A stretch of 64,000 bases of DNA. Source: Klebsormidium nitens (taxonomy: Eukaryota; Plantae; Klebsormidiophyceae). Where the stretch lies: assembly GCA_000708835.1 (NCBI GenBank), contig DF237083.1, forward strand, positions 113,040-177,039, given 5' to 3'. The notes under the pieces are model-generated. The model had not been told where the DNA came from. It did not search any database and worked only from the letters and a program-made list of their open reading frames with translations. Position 1 is the first letter of the stretch. Every line of letters starts with the position of its first letter. Positions 56,352 through 64,000 of this stretch are shown piece by piece. The position numbers and the translations under genes were made by a program.

Positions 56352-56996
56352 TCATCTTTTCATGCGTATACCTGATTTTTTCAGAGAGAAATTTGTGCCA
56401 AACATTTCATTCAACTTGTTGTATAGATTTCGATCGACGTTCACAAACCCTCGCTTAGTAGTATCGGTTACTATATTCATCCTCGCTGCCATCAGCAGAA
56501 TCTCTTGCTTTTCAATAGAAGAAATTTTGCTTTGAGCATTCAAAGATTTCCATCTACTTTGAAAAACTTCCATTTGCGCTCTTGTTAGCACACCTTGCGT
56601 CTCTTGCCTCTGTTCCTTTTCCTCCTCAGTATCATATACTGCTGTTTCCTTCCCTTTAGCACTTGGTCTCGGTCTCGGTCTCGGTGCTGACTTCGCTCTC
56701 TCTTTCCTTGCTGGCTTTGGCTTTACTTCCTCTTTCTCTTCAGGTCTTTCCTCCACCGCCTTCTTTTCTTCAGTTGTATCCTTTCCATACTTCTGAGCTA
56801 GCTTATACAACTTTTTTATGTTTGTTTCTAGGCTGTCGCTTTTGATGAAGTCCGCCCAAGGACTCTCGATGGTTTCGAACGGCTGAATGAACGGCGTCTG
56901 TCTTGTGTAAGCGAAGCGACCCACCACGCCACCCCCCAGCTTAAAGAAGGGATTCTGCTCTTGACATTCCTCGCAACACTCTTCGTAGGATTTCAT
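56352..56996 (-). CDS. Hypothetical viral protein (214 aa)
   Basis: Intact ORF with a charged central region and an RPRPRP micro-repeat. Confidence 0.65.
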   Translation of the reverse strand: MKSYEECCEECQEQNPFFKLGGGVVGRFAYTRQTPFIQPFETIESPWADFIKSDSLETNIKKLYKLAQKYGKDTTEEKKAVEERPEEKEEVKPKPARKERAKSAPRPRPRPSAKGKETAVYDTEEEKEQRQETQGVLTRAQMEVFQSRWKSLNAQSKISSIEKQEILLMAARMNIVTDTTKRGFVNVDRNLYNKLNEMFGTNFSLKKSGIRMKR

Positions 56997-57014
56997 GAAG
57001 GTAAGTTGAGATAT

Positions 57015-60000
57015 TTAAAGGATTCCCGTGTAAATGAAACAGCCATAGAGTTGCGGTGAACCTGTAATGCTATTCATATTAATTACCAGTTGATTGAATG
57101 AGTTAATCGAATAATTATTTACTGACATTCCATTATTGAAGAAGTCCCTTTGACTAAAAGTTGCGACCTGACCTACTTGGCGACTGATATAGATGGAAAC
57201 CATGCAAGACCATGGGTATGTGATATTTCTAGTCTTCACGAAGAAATCAAGTCTTCCCATTGACGTGACTAAAGTACTACCCCATATTGGTGATAAATCT
57301 ATCGTACCAGCAAGACCACTGAATGCCGTATATCCACTTGAAACAATGACGGGTCCTTGCCCTGCATTAGACCAAGCCGGGACGTTGAGGGCATCCGTTC
57401 CAATAGAATATGTACTGGCGGCAAAACTTGCGGTAAGCGTACCGTTGACCGCTGTTCGAACTGACCCTCCAGACGATGCATTCACTGTTGTCAGTGTTCC
57501 TGACGAACTTTGTGTAAGAGCATAACCAGTGGTATTGTGGTTATTAAAATGCGAGAAAGTAGCATCACCCGGGAAAACGTTTGATGATATTTGCGCAGTC
57601 TGAATAATCGCTCCGTTTCTAAACTTTGAACTACCATCATTGTATAGCACGAGATTTGACTGGGTCTGAGCAGAGTTCAGGAATACAATCTGTCCTAATT
57701 GTGTGCCTATCACGCCGCTACCGTTTAATTGCAAATAACCTTGAACATTAAGTTGATTTGTGACGTTGACCATTCCTCCGACGTTCAACTTGTTTCCAAG
57801 ATTTGAACAATTACCGTTGGTATCAACGGAAAGCAGATTAGACCATGTTGTATAGTTCGAATTGAAGGGTTTACATACGTTGAAAGCAGCCGCAGAATAA
57901 CTACCACTGATGACGGCTCTCACTTGACCACCAGCCCACTGACCAAATCCGTACAGATCACTTCCACCATAATTTGCAACAGTCATCCATCCAGGGTCAG
58001 AAGCAGGAAACTGTAAACCGCCAGTAGCACATGTTGCAACTCCGTTCACGCAATTACTGGCGTTGACGGCGGCGTTCGATACAGTAGTGAAGGCGGTACT
58101 TGTGTTGCTCAAGACGGCTGGGACAGAGATCAACGAGGAGTACGGCAACGAACCTGACAGAGTCGTCGCTTGAAGCGTAGTACAATTGATAGTACCGCCG
58201 ACGTCGAGCGGATACCCAGGAGAAGCATTCGATATACCCACAAAACCGTTTCCTGCAACTATGGTAAGTGGCCGGAGGCTATTCCAAGAGCCATTGGATG
58301 TTCCACTTAGAAGCATGTAATATTGACTACCGTCGTACCTCTATATGAAACTGTTGTTAGTTGAACCATACCAGTAGCGTGACTGTCCGTAAGAATCGTA
58401 TCCAAAGAGTGAGTTGGATGCCGCTACTGAATAACCGACATTAACATTACATGTCTGAACCATTCCACGAACATAGAGACTCCCCGTATCAGCCGTAAGA
58501 CTCATGAGGCAGCTCTCGTTATTGTTCTCCCAAATATACCCCTGCTGAGTACCGCTACCCGTCCGCATTCGGATATGGTGAGCAGTTCGTCCGTCAAGAC
58601 TGATGCATGCCGTATTACTTGCTGCACTTTTACCAGCACCAGACTGGCACATATACATCGACCAGTTCCCATCATTTGCATCCCAAAATCTAAGACCTTT
58701 TTGATAACCCGTATCGCTTTGAGTGTTGATGCTAGTTATACCATACGAAGTAAGAGTGCCGCTACTAGACATATTTCTAGCAGCATTAAGAACTCCCGCA
58801 ATGTTAACATTTCCAGAATTTGATAAAGTTGTACTTGCTATTGTTCCAGAATTAGAGAGAGTCGCCGATGAGATGAAACCACCCACCTGCAGGTTGCCCG
58901 CATTAGTCAGATTACCGACAAAAGACGTGTCGCCCGTCCTGCAGTTAAACCAATGCCTATCATTACAGTCAGTCAAGCACTTAAACTCAAACCTGACCAA
59001 GATGCTAACCCTCCTTGATTACTACCACCGTTAGACGTACCAGGGAGACTGCCGTCGACGCCTTCACAATAAACATGTACCCCAAGATTCGGGTCTGATG
59101 GAACGCCTACCACCAAATTTGATGTAAATATTCTCATGTTGTTTGAAGGAGTTTGAAGCGAATAGACTGACAGCGACGTATTAGACACACCTACGTAAGA
59201 CGGGGCTCCCGTTATATTGCTCCAGCCAAGACTCGAACTGTTGAAGAGGAGAGCTGGTACGCTAGTGAGTAGACTATATGCCACGTTGTTGGAAAGCAGA
59301 GCAGGAAGCCCCGATAGGTTCGAGTAGCCGAGCAAACTTGAGTTCGACAACAAGCTCGGGACGCTAGTGAGTAGACTATATGCCACGTTGTTGGAAAGCA
59401 GAGCAGGAAGCCCCGATAAATTCGAGTAGCCGAGCAAACTTGTGTTTGACAACAAGCTCGGTACGCTCGTGAGATAACCCCACCCTAGCGAACCCGCCAG
59501 AAGATTCGCAACGAGAGTCCCACCAACCTGAAAATTGCCAGAGTTAGAATGAGTCGCCGAAGTCAGCGTAGTCGCAACGTTTGCCGTTCCATTTACATCG
59601 AGAGTCGCCGAGGGTGCAGTGGTACAGACCCCGAACCGTCCGTTGCCCATACAGTTAAATGATGCTGAACCAAGAGGTTGTCCCCACATTCCTATTGCTC
59701 CGTAATTACTAGGACTTGCGTTCAAATAATATGAGAATGCATGCCAAGATGTATTGTAATTCGAAACGGTGTTGACGCCAACATTTAGCAAATGATAAGA
59801 ATTGGAATTCGGCGAAGGAGTGTAGAGTGATGACGAGATTCCGCTGGTTGTGGTCATATTACTGGTTAAAGCGAGACCTCCTGAAATTGTGGTAGCACCA
59901 GCGGCGAGCGTCCCAGTGATGGTCGCGTTATTAGAAACTAGAAGGTTAGAGCCGACACTTAGGTTGGAGCGAACATTTACATGGTTATTCGACGTCTGAA

Positions 60001-61621
60001 GACCATTGAGCTGGAACAAACCGTTGCTCGTGGTGGTTAAACTATACGTGTCCAGGATCATATTACTATTCTGATTCGAATCCCTGTAGATCATCCGTGA
60101 GTCTTGTATGTGAGTCGAAAACAGACCGATATCCATGTACGAATTTGCCGCCCCCAACTTCATGTAGCCTGACGCAGCATTGATCAGACACGAAACACCT
60201 GCATCCGCAGACTGGAGGACTGAGCTGATAGCACCAGCCCCGTTGAAGGCTTGAAACGCACCAAAGGCGAGTCCCGCTGCTCCAAGCACCGTTCCACCGA
60301 CAGCGATGGCGTTTGTAGTGGAATCGAATGATGGGGCTCCGCTTATCTGAGACCATGGAAACGACCCGCTCTTGGTCTGTAGCGACGGACTCGTATTCGA
60401 ACAGTAAATCACAGCATTGCACGAATATGTTGCCGTGTTCGATGCGAAGGTAGAGCGAATACTATTCGAATTTATGAGAGCATAAGAGGTATTCGATATA
60501 GTCTGAAAATTGTTCGAGCAGAATACACCAAGATTACTTGAATAAGCGCTAGTGTTGGAAGCGAAGAGTGATTGATTACTAAGGTAAATATTGTTTGAAT
60601 ACACAGTCGTGGACAAGTTTGAATAAACATAATTAGACATACCTGATACGGTCGTATTCTGAAGATTACTCCATGAAGCGAATGAATTAGAAATGGTTGC
60701 AATATTTGACGTATTTGACCAGGTTTGGTTCGATTGAGTGTTAAGATACAAATAGGTCGGGTTGCTATAGGCGAAATAGGTGGTAGCATAATTTGAAAAA
60801 CTTGTAAAATTACACGAAGTCGCAACGTTCGATAAGTTATTAGACGTCCAAGTACTCTGGTTGCATAGGGTCGCTAACTTTGTGTAAGAATCATTGCTAA
60901 AACCTAAAGTAAAATTAGACAATGAATTTACCTGATTGGATGACCAAGATGCTACGTTGCTTACGGTGTTTATGGTGTTGGAGAGACCCACAACCTGATT
61001 CGAAATCCCCTGAACCTGGTTCGAGAGCGAAGACAGTTGTCCTGAAGTCAGATTACCCGTCAAGGTTAGATTCGATGCTGCAACCGACTGGGCGGTTACT
61101 GCTCCAGCAATAGACACATCTTGGAGAAATTCAGCGGCGTTTGAGACGGTGAAGGCTGGGTCGACCTGAACGGATGAAATGATGTTGCTTCCGTTGCTGC
61201 TCGTAGCTGAGAACTGGAAAGATCCCCCACTCGGGTTAACCTCCGCTGTCAGAGGGTATGAAAACTGTAGATTGTCGTTAACGTACAGTTTGAGCGTGTT
61301 CAGGGTTTGCCTCAGGGCGATCAGGTTGTTGCTGGCGGGTACAAGTGGGTAGGTATTGCTCGACAGGAGAGTGTTCGAACCTGAGTAGAGAGAGATATTG
61401 GAAGCAAACTGGTTCAGCTTGATGGAATACTGTACGTTAGAACTATCACCCCAGCTTATCAAATTGGTGTTGACCTGCCCAGTCTGGTTCAGGTAGTACC
61501 TCGCCAAAAACGAATTTGCTGGTGCTATTGAGACGCTGGCGACTCCAGTCTGACTTGCACCGCTGGTTAAATAGATTTGGTTATTACTCAGCTGGGCGGC
61601 GTTCGAGAGCGTCAATGACAT
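57015..61621 (-). pseudogene. Long Ser/Asn/Thr-rich fibre/spike-like gene split into three ORFs by a 1-bp deletion (about 58992) and an in-frame TAG (58341-58343)
   Basis: ORF 58973-61621 ends ASWSGL while the -1 frame continues FEFKCLTD..RHWFNCRTG. ORF 58341-59000 ends NSFI*RYDGSQYYMLLSG, in frame with ORF 57015-58316. Repaired length is 4608 nt = 1536 codons. Confidence 0.75.
59240..59475 (-). repeat. 102-bp (34-aa) tandem repeat in the fibre-like gene
   Basis: TSVPSLLSN(T/S)SLLGYSNLSGLPALLSNNVAYSLL x2 plus a partial third copy; acgctagtgagtagactatatgccacg at 59259 and 59361. Confidence 0.9.
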
Positions 61622-61660
61622 TTACATTATTGACACAGAAAAAAATGATCTTTTTAAGAT

Positions 61661-62473
61661 ATGCATCTCCTCAAGTGGGTCGGAGGAAAGACGAAGATAA
61701 TTGACCAGGTCATCGAGTCTTTTCCAAAGAGTATGAACAATTACCACGAACCTTTCCTGGGGGGAGGAAGTGTTTTGTTAGCACTTCTCAAGAGTGATAT
61801 CGAAGTCAAGGGAACGATCGTAGCGAGCGACGCTAATCCTCACCTGATCAACTTCTTCAAAGCGGTCAGAGACGACCCAGGACACCTTTCTTACGAGCTT
61901 TGTCAGCTAAAAGATGACCCGAAGCACGAAACCCCTGAAGCTTACTACTATCTGCTAAGAGATCGGTTCAACATTGCCCCCACTCCCGCTCTATTTCTTT
62001 TCCTTAATCGGACTTGCTTTAGAGGACTATATCGCGAGAGTAAGCGAGGGTTCAATTCCCCGTACGGATGGTACAAAAAACCTTTGTTTCCGACTCTTGA
62101 AGACATTTTAGCTGTCTCGCGACTGATCCAGGGGGTCGAGTTCATATGTCAGGGCTTCGAAGACAGCCTGGTGCGTGTACAAAAAGGAGACTTTGTATAT
62201 CTTGACCCACCTTACTATCCGCTGAGCGAGACGGCTTCATTCGTGGACTATGTGGCGGGGGGTTTTGTCAATCACGAATTACTTTTCTCGACCTTGAAGG
62301 CTCTCCCTTACTCCTTCGTGTTGAGTAATTCTGACGCTGATGTGGTCTTGAAGTCTTTCCCAGAGGATCAATACGAGGTTTTGAAGATCCCTTGCAGTCG
62401 TTCACTGAAACCAGGTGCTAAGGGTTTGCGGGTCAATGAGGTGCTGATCAGTACGAGAGCGGACTTCGTGTGA
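61661..62473 (+). CDS. dam: Dam-like (D12 class) N6-adenine DNA methyltransferase, 270 aa
   Basis: LKWVGGKT, YHEPFLGGGSV (motif I), NRTCFRGLYR, FVYLDPPY (motif IV), LSNSD. Confidence 0.9.
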   Translation: MHLLKWVGGKTKIIDQVIESFPKSMNNYHEPFLGGGSVLLALLKSDIEVKGTIVASDANPHLINFFKAVRDDPGHLSYELCQLKDDPKHETPEAYYYLLRDRFNIAPTPALFLFLNRTCFRGLYRESKRGFNSPYGWYKKPLFPTLEDILAVSRLIQGVEFICQGFEDSLVRVQKGDFVYLDPPYYPLSETASFVDYVAGGFVNHELLFSTLKALPYSFVLSNSDADVVLKSFPEDQYEVLKIPCSRSLKPGAKGLRVNEVLISTRADFV

Positions 62474-64000
62474 AAGATCCTTTCCAACCCGCCGAAGAAG
62501 GAATTGACTGCATATTCACAGTCCCAGAGACTAGGTCGTTGAAATTCATGGAATCATTGGGATAAAACGTCCCCGACGAGTCTAGAATAGGACGGGCGTT
62601 GTCCCCGTACAATCCAGGAGTCATACTGGAATTGGCTTGGAAACCAGTTCCGATCTGCATCACGGAACTTCGCACGACCCCGCCACAGACCACGTCTTTT
62701 CCTGTGGACAGATTGCTGTTAACGAAGACGTTCGAATTGGTTGCGATCAGTGCGGGGGTGTTCAGGTTGCTTTTTATGCTCAGCGTGTTCACGTTAGTCA
62801 TGTTGAGATTCGAGTCGATAGTCAGGTTGCTCGTGATCTGATTGCTTCCGTTCGAGTAGCTCATTGTTAGGCTGAGACCACCATAATCTTGAATCAAGGT
62901 CGAGTAATTTGACCCGTTCAGGTTCTTAAGAATGATGTTGCTCGAATTTAATTGAAGACCAGTTATGCTGTTGTTCAAAAAGGGATTTAAGTTGCTTGTA
63001 CACTGAAGAAAGACCAGGTTGCTTTCGCTCACCGTAAAGTTGCTCGCACTGATGCGAACGTAGTTCGACTGCCCCGTACTCAGGTTCAGATTGCAAGATG
63101 ATTGAACATTTAAGTCTTGAGCTGCGTTCGATCCGTTGCTCAATGTCGTCCAGTTAGATAAAGAAAGTGCTGATATGAATTTTGTGGAAACATTACTATT
63201 CGCGGTGATGCTATTCGTGATAATCTGGCTGTTGATGTACAAGGGAGAGTTGCACGAGGTCGAGATTCCAGACCCCGCTAGGTTTATCATGCCAAGCTGG
63301 ACATTAGATGAGGAAAGCTGATTCGAGCCCATAGAGAGAGTGCTCAGGTAAGCAGCAGACCGTCCAACATCTAGAACCAGATTGGAGGTCGCTGTCGTTG
63401 CGTAGACATTGGTGTTGTTTTTTGAAAAGTTTTGATGGGGGACACTAAAGATCTTCGAGTTGGTCTCATCAAAATAGAGGTTTGACTGAATACCTATGTC
63501 ATACCCGTTGGTCGAGAAGGGTCTGTTGGTTAGCTTGCTCCAATCAACATATATATTCGAAGACCCGTTATCATTCGAGCCCAAGGCGTCTGAAATCGGA
63601 TCCTTGATGTTGTCGGAAAGCTTCGGTGTGTTTCCCAGCAAAGACTGCAGCTGTTGGTACATGTCATAACCTAATTGTCCCAGATCGTATGCGCCCTGCG
63701 CAAGGGCTAGAATATCGAGCCCGTTGCTCTCGGAAATGTTCTTCAAAGATGCCCAGTCGATCTTGCTGTTTGAGTCGATCACGGCGTTATTTGATCTGTC
63801 TAAAAGTTGCGAGAGGATGTAAACATTTGAACCAAAGATTGTCGTTGCATCTAGGTAGTTCGTAAGCACGGAAGAAGCCGCCAGGTTGCTGGTGCAGGTA
63901 AGGGTGTTCGTTTCTACGTGGACTGCTTCAATCACACCCGATGCTAAAGAATCAAGAATAAGATTACTGTGTGACGTTTGGGCTATGGTTAAGTCTAACC
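62448..64000 (-). CDS. Second Ser/Asn-rich fibre/spike-like protein; 5' end beyond the window
   Basis: Frame stays open to the window edge (LDLTIAQTSHSNLILDSLASGVIEA...); beta-rich SN repeats similar in composition to the first fibre gene. Confidence 0.7.
   Translation of the reverse strand, partial: LDLTIAQTSHSNLILDSLASGVIEAVHVETNTLTCTSNLAASSVLTNYLDATTIFGSNVYILSQLLDRSNNAVIDSNSKIDWASLKNISESNGLDILALAQGAYDLGQLGYDMYQQLQSLLGNTPKLSDNIKDPISDALGSNDNGSSNIYVDWSKLTNRPFSTNGYDIGIQSNLYFDETNSKIFSVPHQNFSKNNTNVYATTATSNLVLDVGRSAAYLSTLSMGSNQLSSSNVQLGMINLAGSGISTSCNSPLYINSQIITNSITANSNVSTKFISALSLSNWTTLSNGSNAAQDLNVQSSCNLNLSTGQSNYVRISASNFTVSESNLVFLQCTSNLNPFLNNSITGLQLNSSNIILKNLNGSNYSTLIQDYGGLSLTMSYSNGSNQITSNLTIDSNLNMTNVNTLSIKSNLNTPALIATNSNVFVNSNLSTGKDVVCGGVVRSSVMQIGTGFQANSSMTPGLYGDNARPILDSSGTFYPNDSMNFNDLVSGTVNMQSIPSSAGWKGSFTRSPLSY

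Larger units (their letters stand above)
42827..64000. mobile_element. Endogenous Polinton-like virus (tyrosine-recombinase / primase-helicase type); right end outside the window
   Basis: Abrupt switch to dense, mostly intronless ORFs with AT-rich spacers. Full morphogenetic module (MCP, penton-like proteins, A32-like ATPase) plus AEP-SF3 helicase and tyrosine recombinase; no pPolB or RVE integrase in the window. Confidence 0.93.

Overview
The window has two parts, separated by a 581-N assembly gap (42246-42826). Left part (1-42245): intron-rich eukaryotic host DNA. Plant-type genes, telo-boxes and GC-rich exons suggest a green alga or early streptophyte (inference). It holds a fascin-like exon, an alpha-kinase fragment, STT3B, a SWEET transporter, a small RIIa/Dpy-30-like gene followed by an intronless membrane ORF, ERO1, ZMAT5, DUSP12/YVH1 and TBCCD1. 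Introns of STT3B and ERO1 carry tandem copies of their own exon/splice-site junctions. Right part (42827-64000, open at the right edge): a gene-dense, mostly intronless endogenous Polinton-like virus (PLV). It encodes a GIY-YIG nuclease, tyrosine recombinase, AEP-primase/SF3 helicase, two penton-like proteins, A32-type packaging ATPase, double-jelly-roll major capsid protein, long Ser/Asn-rich fibre-like proteins and a Dam-type adenine methyltransferase. No pPolB, RVE integrase or protease is visible in the window. The most striking structure is a pair of TGTAGGG-iteron cis-elements (42945-43182 and 50211-50590). Their arms are inverted relative to each other, but they share an identical 16-bp core, TTCAGTATATAGTGAA, in direct orientation. 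This looks like an attL/attR pair bracketing a 7277-bp replication/recombination module. The recombinase, one small paralogue and one fibre gene carry clean inactivating lesions, while the capsid, packaging and primase genes are intact. All exon coordinates and protein identities were derived by eye; no database searches were run.
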